Of a stretch of DNA of 64,000 nucleotides, positions 18,645-28,468 are shown in pieces. The stretch lies in NCBI GenBank assembly GCA_963674705.1, contig OY771506.1, positions 32,001-96,000 on the forward strand, written 5' to 3'. The position numbers were made by a program, and so were the translations under genes. Under the pieces are notes generated by a model. That model was given only the letters and a program-made list of their open reading frames with translations, ran no database searches and was not told where the DNA came from. Each line of letters starts with the position of its first letter. Position 1 is the first letter of the stretch. Source of the DNA: Phycisphaeraceae bacterium. GTDB lineage: Bacteria > Planctomycetota > Phycisphaerae > Phycisphaerales > Phycisphaeraceae.

Positions 18645-19732
18645 AGCTATTAGTCACAGGTGCATCCGGCTTTCTCGGCAGGCACATCGTCGCACAGGCG
18701 GTGCGGCGTGGGCATACGGTTCGCGCGCAGGTCAGGCCGGTGAGTAAGATTGAAGAGCTGGGATGGGAAGAAAACCCGAATGTAGAAGTCGAGCGCTGCG
18801 ATCTGCGCAGCAAGGTGGGGCTTGATGATCTGGTGCGCGGCTGCGACGCCGTCATCAGCAACGCGGCGTGCAAGGCGGGCGATTTTTACACGCAGTTTGC
18901 CGGGACGGTCATCACGACGGAGAACGTGCTGAATGCAATGGCTGAGGTCGGCGTCAAGCGATTGGTGGCGGTGAGTACGTTCTCGGTCTACGGCTTCATG
19001 AAGATGCGCGATGGTGCATTGCTTGATGAAAACGCGCCGCTCGATGATGACCCGATGGACCGCGATGAATACGCACAGACCAAGCTCGAACAGGAAGCGC
19101 TCGCACACCGTTTTGCCAAGGAACACGATGGTAAGGTGACAGTCGTGCGTCCGGGCGTGGTGTATGGCAAAGACAACACGTGGACCGCACGTATCGGCGC
19201 CGAACTCGGTGCGGATAAGTGCATGGTGATCGGCGGCGGGACGATTTTGCCTTTGACGTATGTCGAGAACTGCGCCGAGGCGATTGTTGTTTGCGCTGAG
19301 GAAGACAAAGCGATCGGGCAGATTTACAACATCGTCGATGACAACCTGCCAACGCATCGCGGGTATATCAAGGCGCTCAACAAGCACCGTAAGCCGAAGA
19401 TGAAGACACGGCCGATGTCGTGGAAGCTGTGGCGTTTTGTCTCGGCGTTCGGGTTGTTTGTGAATAAGGTGTTCCTCGGCAGGCAGGCGAAGGTGCCTTC
19501 GATCTTGCGGCCGGCGGCTCTGCATGCACGATGCAAGCCCGCGAAGTACACCAACGCGAAGCTCAACGAACTCGGCTGGACACAACAGGTCGATCTGGAA
19601 GAAGCGCTGAAACGCAGCTTTGAAGACAAGGATTATGCAGCGCTGAACGAGAAAGCAGAGACGCATCCACAGGATACAACAGAAGCCAAAACAAACATCG
19701 ATCAGAACAACGAAACTCGCACATGCGCATAG
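18641..19732 (+). CDS. NAD-dependent epimerase/dehydratase (extended SDR)
   Basis: 'VTGASGFLG', YxxxK 'YAQTK', 'RPGVVYG', 'YVENCAEA'. Confidence 0.92.
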   Translation: MKLLVTGASGFLGRHIVAQAVRRGHTVRAQVRPVSKIEELGWEENPNVEVERCDLRSKVGLDDLVRGCDAVISNAACKAGDFYTQFAGTVITTENVLNAMAEVGVKRLVAVSTFSVYGFMKMRDGALLDENAPLDDDPMDRDEYAQTKLEQEALAHRFAKEHDGKVTVVRPGVVYGKDNTWTARIGAELGADKCMVIGGGTILPLTYVENCAEAIVVCAEEDKAIGQIYNIVDDNLPTHRGYIKALNKHRKPKMKTRPMSWKLWRFVSAFGLFVNKVFLGRQAKVPSILRPAALHARCKPAKYTNAKLNELGWTQQVDLEEALKRSFEDKDYAALNEKAETHPQDTTEAKTNIDQNNETRTCA

Positions 19733-20952
19733 CCTACCTGACAGGCCAATACCCCCGGGCGACCGACACGTTTATCCAGCGTGAGGTTGCTGCGCTGCGC
19801 GAGGCGGGCGTGCATGTGCAGACGTTTTCGGTGCGGAAACCGGCGGTTGATGAGAACGTCGGGCCTGAAACAAAAGCGGAACGCGAGCGAACGACCTATA
19901 TCCTGCCTGCAAAACTGGGGCAATTGCTGGCAACCGGTGCCAGGTTGAAGCTCGGTTCGCCCGGCCGATACTTCCGCGGCTTGAAGCTGGCATTAAAAGT
20001 CCGGCAGCCGGGAATAAAGGGCTTACTCTACGGCCTGTTCTACTTCGTCGAAGCGGGTTTGCTCGCCGAGATGATGCGCAAAGAAAAGTTGACGCATCTG
20101 CATAACCACTTCGGGGATTCAAGCTGCACGGTTGCGATGCTCGCCGCGGAGCTGGGTGGGTTTACGTTCAGCTTCAGCCTGCACGGGCCCGGCATTTTCT
20201 TCGAGCCGTTCACGTGGCGGCTGGATGAGAAGCTCAAGCGAGCGCTGTTTGTTTCCAACATCAGCTACTTCTGTCGAAGCCAGGCGATGATCTTCTGCCC
20301 GCCGGAGAAGTGGGACCGGCTGCACATCATTCATTGCGGGGTCGATCCTGCATTGTTTAAGCCTGTTGAGCATCAGGGTAAAGGTAAACGGTTGCTGACG
20401 GTCGGACGCATGGCGTCGGTCAAGGGCATGCCCGTGTTGCTTGAAGCGATCAAGCAGTTGCAAGCGGATCATCCGGAGTTAAAACTGATCGTTGTCGGTG
20501 ACGGACCGGAGCGAAAAGACTTTGAAAGCCGTGCGGCTGCGCTGGGTATCGCGGAGCGTGTGGACTTTGTTGGCTATCAATCACAAGCCGAGGTTCGGCA
20601 GCGTTTGAGCGAGACGGATGTATTCGTGCTGCCGAGTTTTGCCGAAGGTGTGCCGGTCGTATTGATGGAAGCGATGGCAGCGGGTGTGCCCCCGGTGACA
20701 ACGCGTATCGCGGGTGTCGCAGAACTGATCGACGACGACGTGAACGGCAAACTCGTTCCGCCGGGTGATTGTAAATCACTGGCTTGTGCGATTGATGCGT
20801 TATTGAATGATGCTGATATGCGTAACACGTTCGGCAAAGCCGGGCACGAAAAGGTTGCAGCAGAGTTCAACATCACGAAAGAATCGGACTGGCTGCGGCG
20901 CGTGATAACGTCGGCGTTAGATGGCAAGGTCGAAACGATCAGGCCTGAATAG
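19723..20952 (+). CDS. Glycosyltransferase family 4 (WcaL-like)
   Basis: 'YPRATDTFIQRE', 'HLHNHF', 'FVLPSFAEGVPVVLMEAMA'. Confidence 0.92.
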   Translation: MRIAYLTGQYPRATDTFIQREVAALREAGVHVQTFSVRKPAVDENVGPETKAERERTTYILPAKLGQLLATGARLKLGSPGRYFRGLKLALKVRQPGIKGLLYGLFYFVEAGLLAEMMRKEKLTHLHNHFGDSSCTVAMLAAELGGFTFSFSLHGPGIFFEPFTWRLDEKLKRALFVSNISYFCRSQAMIFCPPEKWDRLHIIHCGVDPALFKPVEHQGKGKRLLTVGRMASVKGMPVLLEAIKQLQADHPELKLIVVGDGPERKDFESRAAALGIAERVDFVGYQSQAEVRQRLSETDVFVLPSFAEGVPVVLMEAMAAGVPPVTTRIAGVAELIDDDVNGKLVPPGDCKSLACAIDALLNDADMRNTFGKAGHEKVAAEFNITKESDWLRRVITSALDGKVETIRPE

Positions 20953-20963
20953 AATAAGAAGTT

Positions 20964-21134
20964 GCCACGAAAAGGTACAAAAGACACAAATAAAGAACCA
21001 TAATAGAACCAGGAATTAATCGGCAATCAGGCAATCAGAATATGTAAGGTTAAACGGCCCTCACCCTAGCCCTCTCCCGAGGGGAGAGGAGACAAGAAAC
21101 CGGCCGATTTGTGTGTTTTGTGCCTTTTTGTGGC
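20964..21134. repeat. 28-bp imperfect inverted repeat enclosing a CCCTCACCCT..CCCTCTCCC..GGGAGAGG REP-like hairpin
   Basis: Arms at 20964-20991 and 21107-21134 (25/28 match). Inner hairpin CCTCTCCC-GAG-GGGAGAGG at 21071-21089. Confidence 0.85.
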
Positions 21135-21152
21135 TAATTATCAGGAATCACT

Positions 21153-22367
21153 TTGACACTCACAATCCACATTCTGCTCTGGCTCGTTGCATGCGTTGTC
21201 AGTGCGCCGTTATGGGTATTGGTGATGCAGTGTCTGATCGGATTCCTACCGGCACGGCGCTTAGGTGTGAATGGAAAGCAAACGCCTTCGCTTGTCGTAC
21301 TGGTGCCTGCACACAATGAAGAACCGGTGATCGGCAAGACACTGGATTCACTGAAAGCGTCGCTACCCGACAACGGGCGTATCCTTGTGATCGCGGACAA
21401 CTGTTCGGACCATACGGCAGACATCGTGCGAGAGCACGGCGCGGATGTGCTGGAACGTGACGACACGGTGAACCGCGGCAAAGGCTTTGCCTTAGCCTAC
21501 GGCTTGCAGACGCTGGAAAATGATCCGCCACAGGTTGTGCTGATCGTCGATGCGGATTGTGAGGTTACACCCAATGCACTCAGTGAGCTCGCTCGAACGG
21601 CTGTAGCATGCAGTCGACCGGTGCAAGGTGTTTATCTGTTGCGTACGCCGGATGCGCATGATCCGAAGGCGGTGGTGTCTGCCTTTGCGTTTATGGTGAA
21701 GAACCAGGCGCGGCCGCGCGGGATGGATCGGCTGAACCTGCCGATCCCGCTGACCGGGTCGGGCATGGCATTCCCATATGAACAGATCAAAAATGCCAAC
21801 CTCGCGACGGGAAACATCGTCGAAGATTTAGCGCTCGGTTTGGAACTGGCGGAGCAGGGGCACGGGCCCGTGTTGTGCGATGCGGTACGTATCACGGGCG
21901 CGTTGCCCGAAGCGGGCGAAGCGGCAGTCACGCAACGGACACGCTGGGAGCACGGCTACATATCAACGCTGTTAAGCACCGCCCCACGGCTTTTCTTCAA
22001 GGGATTATTCGGATTCAAGCCGATGCTGATCGCCGCGGCGGTTGACCTGGCAGTACCACCTTTGTCGCTGCTTGTGATGGGCGCGTTGGCAGCATTATTC
22101 GGTTGCGCAGTTATCGGATGGTGGTTTGCTTTACTTGGCCCGGCGGTCTTGATCGCGGGATCATTAATGTGGGCGGCCGTGATTCTGATTCTATGCTGGG
22201 CGGTGTATGCCCGGGATTGGCTGCCGTTTAGCGCGATATTGGCGATTCCCGGGTACATTCTGTGGAAGCTGCCGATTTATTTGAAGTTCGTTAAAAGACG
22301 CGAAAAGAGCTGGGTACGCACGGAACGCGGGCCCGGGCAAGCAGATAACGGCACAAGTGGCGGGTGA
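21153..22367 (+). CDS. Glycosyltransferase family 2 (membrane-anchored)
   Basis: 'VPAHNEE', 'IADNCSD', 'GKGFAL', 'VDAD', 'VEDL', QxxRW 'QRTRW'. Confidence 0.92.
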   Translation: MTLTIHILLWLVACVVSAPLWVLVMQCLIGFLPARRLGVNGKQTPSLVVLVPAHNEEPVIGKTLDSLKASLPDNGRILVIADNCSDHTADIVREHGADVLERDDTVNRGKGFALAYGLQTLENDPPQVVLIVDADCEVTPNALSELARTAVACSRPVQGVYLLRTPDAHDPKAVVSAFAFMVKNQARPRGMDRLNLPIPLTGSGMAFPYEQIKNANLATGNIVEDLALGLELAEQGHGPVLCDAVRITGALPEAGEAAVTQRTRWEHGYISTLLSTAPRLFFKGLFGFKPMLIAAAVDLAVPPLSLLVMGALAALFGCAVIGWWFALLGPAVLIAGSLMWAAVILILCWAVYARDWLPFSAILAIPGYILWKLPIYLKFVKRREKSWVRTERGPGQADNGTSGG

Positions 22368-22426
22368 ACCCGGACGATGTAAGAACTTATCAGGCCCAAC
22401 GCGGCCGAACTGATTCAGGGATACGG

Positions 22427-23458
22427 ATGATGATCAAGCAAGAGAACGAACACGACAACCCGATCGACGTTTCGATCGTTGTACCTTTGTATAACGAAGA
22501 AGACAACGTCGAGCCGTTGTACAAAGAGATCGCCGAGGTGATGGACTCGCAGACGCTGCGCTACGAGGTGATCTTCATCGACGACGGCAGCCGGGACAAA
22601 ACGGTCGAGCGGATGCGTGCCGTGGCGGGCAATGATCCGCGTGTGACGCTGCTGCAGTTCATGAAGAACTTCGGGCAGACAGCATCCACTGCGGCCGGTA
22701 TCGACCACGCACGCGGCAAAGTCATCGTCCCGATGGACGGCGACTTACAAAACGATCCGCACGACATCCCCGCACTGGTCGCCAAGCTCGATGAAGGCGA
22801 CGGCTGGGATATCGTCAGTGGCTGGCGTAAGAATCGCCAGGACAAGCTGATGAGCCGGCGTTTGCCTTCGATCATCGCCAACCGGCTGGTGAAAAGATTG
22901 ACATGGACGACGGAGATCCATGACTTTGGCTGCTCGATGAAGGCATACCGCCGCGAGGTGCTGGAAGACGTGCGTATCTACGGCGAGATGCACCGGTTCC
23001 TGCCGGCGATCTGCAAGTGGCGCGGGGCGCGCATCACCGAGTCTGTTGTGAATCACCGGGCACGCGTCGCGGGTGAAAGCAAGTACGGACTGAAGCGCAC
23101 GATTAAGGTGCTCCTGGACCTGCTGACGGTTAAGTTTCTCGGGGATTATCTTGCCAAGCCGATCTACTTCTTCGGCAAGATTTCGATGGTCTGGACGGTG
23201 CTTTCTTTCCTGGCTGTGATGGTGGCGATCATCCAGAAGTTCGGCTTCCTGACCGAGCACGGGCACGCGGTCATGCTCAATGACAACGTGCTGGTGCTGT
23301 TTGCGATGATGACGTTCCTGATGGGCGTGATGTTCCTGATGCTCGGCGTGCTGGCGGAGTTGATGGCGCGTATTTATCACGAGAGCCAGGACCGCAAGCC
23401 TTACAAAGTTCGCCATATGTATAAGGGGCAGACGCCTGACGAGGCGAACGCTGCGTGA
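22427..23458 (+). CDS. Polyprenol-phosphate glycosyltransferase (ArnC/GtrB/DPM1-like GT2)
   Basis: 'VVPLYNEE', 'IDDGSRD', 'NFGQTA', 'MDGDLQNDP', 'HDFGC', 'GEMHRFLP', two C-terminal TMs. GTG 22364 is an alternative start. Confidence 0.9.
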   Translation: MMIKQENEHDNPIDVSIVVPLYNEEDNVEPLYKEIAEVMDSQTLRYEVIFIDDGSRDKTVERMRAVAGNDPRVTLLQFMKNFGQTASTAAGIDHARGKVIVPMDGDLQNDPHDIPALVAKLDEGDGWDIVSGWRKNRQDKLMSRRLPSIIANRLVKRLTWTTEIHDFGCSMKAYRREVLEDVRIYGEMHRFLPAICKWRGARITESVVNHRARVAGESKYGLKRTIKVLLDLLTVKFLGDYLAKPIYFFGKISMVWTVLSFLAVMVAIIQKFGFLTEHGHAVMLNDNVLVLFAMMTFLMGVMFLMLGVLAELMARIYHESQDRKPYKVRHMYKGQTPDEANAA

Positions 23459-25194
23459 TAAACGCCATGCCTGAAACAGAGAAAGACAATGCGCCGCCGC
23501 TGGTGCGTGATGTGGATCGGCTTGCCTCGAGTGAGTTCGATGTGGTCGTGGTCGGCGGCGGTATCTATGGCGTGTGGGCGACGCTGGATGCGGCGCAGCG
23601 CGGATTGAAAGTGGCGCTTCTTGAACAGAACGACTTCGGTTCCGGGGCAAGTGCGAACAGCCAGCGCGTCGTGCACGGGGGACTGCGGTATCTGCAACAT
23701 GCGGACTTCAAGCGGATGCGTGAGTCGATCCGCGAACGCAGCAACATGCTCAGGCTGGCCGGTCACCTGGTCGAGCCGATGCCGTTTCTCGTACCGACGT
23801 ACGGGTTAGGCATGCGCGGCAAGCCCGCGATGTTCACGGCGATGAAGGTCAACGACTTTGTCAGCCGGGACCGCAACGACGGGCTGCATGATTCACAATT
23901 GCTTCCGAACGGGCGGCTGGTTTCTGTAGAGGAATGTCTGCAATATGCCCCGGGGCTTGAGAAGCAGGGGTTGACCGGCGGCGCGGTGTTTTACGATGCG
24001 CAGGTGAATAACTCCGAGCGGTTAGCGCTATCGGTGATCCGCAGTGCCGTCGCGGAAGGCGCACAGGTAGCGAACCATGTGCGTGTGACGGGCTTGTTGC
24101 GTGATGGCAGCAAGGTCACAGGCGTAACTGCTGAAGACAGGTTGACGGGCAAGACGTTTGAAGTGAAGGCAAAGGTGACGCTTGGCTGCGCCGGGCCATG
24201 GACGGGGCGAACGGGATCGCTGCCGGACGCCAATTCCAACGGGATGAAAACGAAGTACCCGATCCTGCGCGCGGTTGCTCTGGTGACGCGCGACCTGTTT
24301 GGCGGGATGGGACTCGCGGTCCCTTCACGTAAGGCACACAAGGATGAGAAGGAACTGATCAGCAAGGGCTTCCGCAACCTGTTTGTGACATCGTGGTGCG
24401 GTCTGTCTCTGGTCGGCACGTTTTACACGGATTACGAGGGTGATCCGGATGAGCTCTCGGTTTCGCCAGAAGAGGTAAGCGGATTTATTGAAGAATTCAA
24501 CCAGACATACCCGGCTGCAGGGCTGGCGTATGACGATGTGAAGTTCACGTTCATGGGCTTGCAGCCGAAGGCACCGGGTAATAGCAGCGGCGGCGAGCCG
24601 GTGTGCGAAAAACACTTCAAGCTGATCGATCACGCCAGGTCTGAAAAGCTCGATGGTTTGATCACCGCGCTGGGTGTGAAGTGGACGACGGCCCGCGATG
24701 TCGCGGAGCGTGCGATCGATATTGCCGCTCAGAAGCTTGGCAAACTCAACACCACTTGCCGTACACACAAGACATTGATCCATGGCTCACCAGAGAATGA
24801 TCCGGAAGAGGCGCTTTACGAAGCACAACAAAATAAGCCCGCTTGGGCAGACGATGCTTTGATTGCACACCTGTTCGCGACCTACGGCACGGCGTACACG
24901 CAAGTCCTCGACTTGGCGGAGTCCGACCCCACTTTGCAAATGCGTTTATCTGATGACCTGCCGACGATCGAGGCTCAGATCATTTATGCAGTCCGATACG
25001 AGATGGCGCTGACGTTGCTGGACGTGATCTATCAACGGATCGACATGGGTTTCCGCGGTTATCCAGGGGATGAATGCGTTCATCGCTGCGCACAACTCAT
25101 GGCTCAAACGATTAGCTGGTCTGATGCCAAGCGACCGGAAGAGATTGAGTTAGTTAAAACTGCGTATAAGCAACGCGGACTGAAAACCACTTAA
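23455..25194 (+). CDS. GlpD-like FAD-dependent glycerol-3-phosphate dehydrogenase/oxidase
   Basis: 'VVGGGIYG', 'DAAQRGLKVALLEQNDFGSGAS', 'VHGGLRYL', 'KWTTAR', DAO_C-like tail. Confidence 0.85.
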   Translation: MINAMPETEKDNAPPLVRDVDRLASSEFDVVVVGGGIYGVWATLDAAQRGLKVALLEQNDFGSGASANSQRVVHGGLRYLQHADFKRMRESIRERSNMLRLAGHLVEPMPFLVPTYGLGMRGKPAMFTAMKVNDFVSRDRNDGLHDSQLLPNGRLVSVEECLQYAPGLEKQGLTGGAVFYDAQVNNSERLALSVIRSAVAEGAQVANHVRVTGLLRDGSKVTGVTAEDRLTGKTFEVKAKVTLGCAGPWTGRTGSLPDANSNGMKTKYPILRAVALVTRDLFGGMGLAVPSRKAHKDEKELISKGFRNLFVTSWCGLSLVGTFYTDYEGDPDELSVSPEEVSGFIEEFNQTYPAAGLAYDDVKFTFMGLQPKAPGNSSGGEPVCEKHFKLIDHARSEKLDGLITALGVKWTTARDVAERAIDIAAQKLGKLNTTCRTHKTLIHGSPENDPEEALYEAQQNKPAWADDALIAHLFATYGTAYTQVLDLAESDPTLQMRLSDDLPTIEAQIIYAVRYEMALTLLDVIYQRIDMGFRGYPGDECVHRCAQLMAQTISWSDAKRPEEIELVKTAYKQRGLKTT

Positions 25195-25494
25195 ATCACC
25201 CAGATTAACACGTGTCAATCTCTGCCCGTGTTAACAGGCGCCAATAGCTCCAACTATGCGGATTATGTTAATCGTAACATCTCTGATGTCACGTTATCTA
25301 CTGGCTTTATAGACTTTTGGGCTTTACCCGTTGGGTTTTGTGTTCTACAATAGTTGGATAGGCAACCTATACTTGCAGGGTTTTTCAGCCGGTGGGAGTT
25401 AGTGTTAACCCGTATCGGATTAACCATATAAGCCGCGAAGAATCCGAACATCAACAGATCGGCTAGACCACTAACCCACACGGAGGGGTTATAC

Positions 25495-26817
25495 ATGAAC
25501 AGGTTCGGTGTCCGTACTTCAATGGATCGCACATGCTTCCTCGGAGCCGTATCAGCGTTGGCTTTAGGCCTGACTGTAACGGGATCAACCGAGGCGGCGC
25601 TCAATATCCTGCCTATGGGTGACTCGATCACGTACGGCCTGCAGTCTACGGATGGCAGCGGGTATCGCGGTCCGCTTCAAGCCCTGCTTAACGGCACCGA
25701 CACGCAGTACGACATCGTCGGCACCCTTCAGGATGGACCCGTAAATATCGATCAGGACCACTTCGGTATCTCCGGGATCAAGGCTCACGACTTCGGCAAC
25801 GTCAACAAAAGCCTGCTTCGTCAGTTGCAAATCCAAAATGTATTCCCAACGCTCAGCGGTAGCAGTGACTATCCGGACGTGATCCTGCTTCACATCGGAT
25901 CGAACTCGTTCAACGGCGGCGGCGGCGGTGACCCGGCCGGTGTCGAACTGGACTTCCTGCTGCAGGGCCTGACCGAAACAAACCCGGCAAGTGACTTCTA
26001 CATGGGCGCTGACGGCGATCACGACATCATCGTCGCCCGAATCATCCCTAAGGCAGGCAGTACCACGACGATGAACACCGACGGCGGGGTGTATTCAGAC
26101 CTGACCCAACACCAGGCGCGTGTTAAATCCAGCTTCGATTACAACTACGGTGGTGCGTCCAACCCCAACTGGGCCAACGGCATCGAATCCGTCATCACCA
26201 GCCGGACGCGTTACCTCGACCGTATCTCGATGGTGGACATGTTCCGCATTGATATGGCTTCACTAAACCTGGAATATCTGCTGAACGTGTTTGGCGGCGA
26301 TCTGGGGATCACCACGACCCAGGAAATGTACGACATCCTCAGCCCCGAAGATGACACCCTGCACGGCAACGCCTATGACGTCGTCGACTGGGTGTTGAAT
26401 TACGACGAGTTCAACAACACATTCGGCGCCGGGACAGATGGGGTGAACCTCGATCTGTATGCGGCGGGCGACACCATCCACCCAAGCGACCTCGGTTATG
26501 CCATCATGGCACAGGTCTGGTTTAATGCCGGTCTGGAGCAGTTGCTTGGTGATATCAACGGCGACGGATTTGTCGGGCTGGATGATCTGAACATCGTACT
26601 GATCAACTGGAACCAGACTGTTACCGTTGGCGATGAATCGATGGGCGACCTGACGAACGATGGTTACGTGGGGCTGGACGATCTGGATATTATCCTGAGT
26701 AACTGGAACGCAGGCGTAGCTCCCCCACCGTCCGTGATGGCGATTGTGCCGGAGCCGGCCACGCTGAGCCTGATGGCGCTGACAGGGGTCGCGGCGATGC
26801 GTCGCAGGGTCCGATAG
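25495..26817 (+). CDS. Secreted SGNH/GDSL hydrolase with dockerin-like module and PEP-CTERM sorting signal
   Basis: 'GDSIT', 'LHIGSN', 'DTIHP' blocks; two 'GD(I/L)xxDG(F/Y)VGLDDL' repeats; 'VPEPATLSLMAL..RRRVR'. SD GGAGG. Confidence 0.85.
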   Translation: MNRFGVRTSMDRTCFLGAVSALALGLTVTGSTEAALNILPMGDSITYGLQSTDGSGYRGPLQALLNGTDTQYDIVGTLQDGPVNIDQDHFGISGIKAHDFGNVNKSLLRQLQIQNVFPTLSGSSDYPDVILLHIGSNSFNGGGGGDPAGVELDFLLQGLTETNPASDFYMGADGDHDIIVARIIPKAGSTTTMNTDGGVYSDLTQHQARVKSSFDYNYGGASNPNWANGIESVITSRTRYLDRISMVDMFRIDMASLNLEYLLNVFGGDLGITTTQEMYDILSPEDDTLHGNAYDVVDWVLNYDEFNNTFGAGTDGVNLDLYAAGDTIHPSDLGYAIMAQVWFNAGLEQLLGDINGDGFVGLDDLNIVLINWNQTVTVGDESMGDLTNDGYVGLDDLDIILSNWNAGVAPPPSVMAIVPEPATLSLMALTGVAAMRRRVR

Positions 26818-27002
26818 CCGGATTTTATCCTCCGATTGATAGGCAAGCGCGGTTAAGTAAATGGCCGATCAAACTGGAGTCCGGCGGATTAGAATGCGTC
26901 AATAATGCAGTACACTACTGCCCTGTTTTGCGGGCGGAATCACAGCGACCCAGTACATGCGGCTATCGCATGACCTAATATGGTTGGAAGGGATCTGTTT
27001 CA

Positions 27003-28421
27003 TTGACAGACGCCATTGCCACGGAATCCGATACGACACAGATTACAGACCCGACGGATGAGGTAGAAACACCCACCGGATTCGGGCAGGACACGGATGT
27101 GGATGACCCGGCCAATCCGTCTCGGACCGGCGAAGACTTCCCGCTGAAGATCCTGATCGCTTGTGATAGCGCCTCGCTTCGATTCGGTGGGGAAGCCGCC
27201 CTGCCGCTGCACTACTTCCGATACCTGCTAAGCCACGGCATCGACTGCCGACTGGTTGTTCACGAGCGTTGCAGGGAAGAACTGGTCGAGTTTTTCCCCG
27301 ATGCCCAGGACAGGGTCGACTACATCGAGAACACCTGGATGGATCGCTTCCTGTGGCGGTGTCGTACCGCGATCCCGGGCAGACTCGGTCACTTTTCGTT
27401 CGGGCTGATCTTGCGATTGAGTACGCAGATCAAACAGCGCAGACGCGTATTAAATACCATCAGGAAGCACAAGATCGACCTGGTGCATCAACCCACACCG
27501 GTTTCACCCCGAGAGCCGTCGGCATTGTTCGGGCTGGGTGTGCCTCTGGTTATCGGGCCGATGAATGGCGGGATGGATTACCCGGAGCCTTTCCGCCAGA
27601 TGCAGAACAAGATGGTGGACTTCGGTATGTGGTCCGGTCGGCTATTCTCCAATCTGTTGAACCGGATCATCCCCGGCAAGCGGCAGGCTCAGACGTTGCT
27701 GGTCGCCAATCAACGTACGAATCTGGCGTTGCCGTCGTGCCTGCGTGGCGAGGTATACGAGTTGGTGGAAAACGGTGTCGACCTGAAGGTCTGGCAGAGC
27801 CCGCCAAGATCAGATGACGCGTATGAGCCGGGACGCCCGGCCCGTTTTGCCTACTTGGGTCGGCTGGTGGACTGGAAGGCGGTAGACCTGCTGCTGGAGG
27901 CGTTCGGGCGCGTGGTTCAAGAGACCCCGGCCGTGCTTGAGATCATCGGTGACGGGGAGGACCGTGAAGCGTTACAGAAACAGGCCGATGCGTTAAACCT
28001 GCGGGATAATTGTGCGGTGCGTTTTACCGGCTGGTTATCGCAACAAAAATGTGCAGAGCGACTGGCCCAAGCAGATGTGCTGGTGTTGTCGAGCCTGCTG
28101 GAATGCGGCGGCGCAGTGGTCCTGGAAGCGATGGCGATCGGGCTGCCGGTGGTCGCGACGCGTTGGGGCGGGCCGGTGGATTATCTGGACGATACCTGTG
28201 GCTTCCTGATCGAACCCAGTTCGCGTCCTGACTTTATCCAAGGCTTGACGGACGCGATGGTGAAACTGGCCAAGAATCCCGAGTTACGTAAGCAGATGGG
28301 GGATGCGGGACGCCAGAAGGTGGTTACACACTTCGACTGGGAGACCAAGGGCCGATTCATACTGGATGTTTACAAGGACAGTTATCAGCACTATCACAAA
28401 CGGGTTGGCTCAAAGGCCTGA
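27003..28421 (+). CDS. Glycosyltransferase family 4
   Basis: 'GRLVDWKA', 'SLLECGGAVVLEAMAIGLPVV'. Confidence 0.9.
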   Translation: MTDAIATESDTTQITDPTDEVETPTGFGQDTDVDDPANPSRTGEDFPLKILIACDSASLRFGGEAALPLHYFRYLLSHGIDCRLVVHERCREELVEFFPDAQDRVDYIENTWMDRFLWRCRTAIPGRLGHFSFGLILRLSTQIKQRRRVLNTIRKHKIDLVHQPTPVSPREPSALFGLGVPLVIGPMNGGMDYPEPFRQMQNKMVDFGMWSGRLFSNLLNRIIPGKRQAQTLLVANQRTNLALPSCLRGEVYELVENGVDLKVWQSPPRSDDAYEPGRPARFAYLGRLVDWKAVDLLLEAFGRVVQETPAVLEIIGDGEDREALQKQADALNLRDNCAVRFTGWLSQQKCAERLAQADVLVLSSLLECGGAVVLEAMAIGLPVVATRWGGPVDYLDDTCGFLIEPSSRPDFIQGLTDAMVKLAKNPELRKQMGDAGRQKVVTHFDWETKGRFILDVYKDSYQHYHKRVGSKA

Positions 28422-28468
28422 AAACCGTTTTGGCGGATCCAATTCAATAGCCCGGTCCAGGGGACCCG

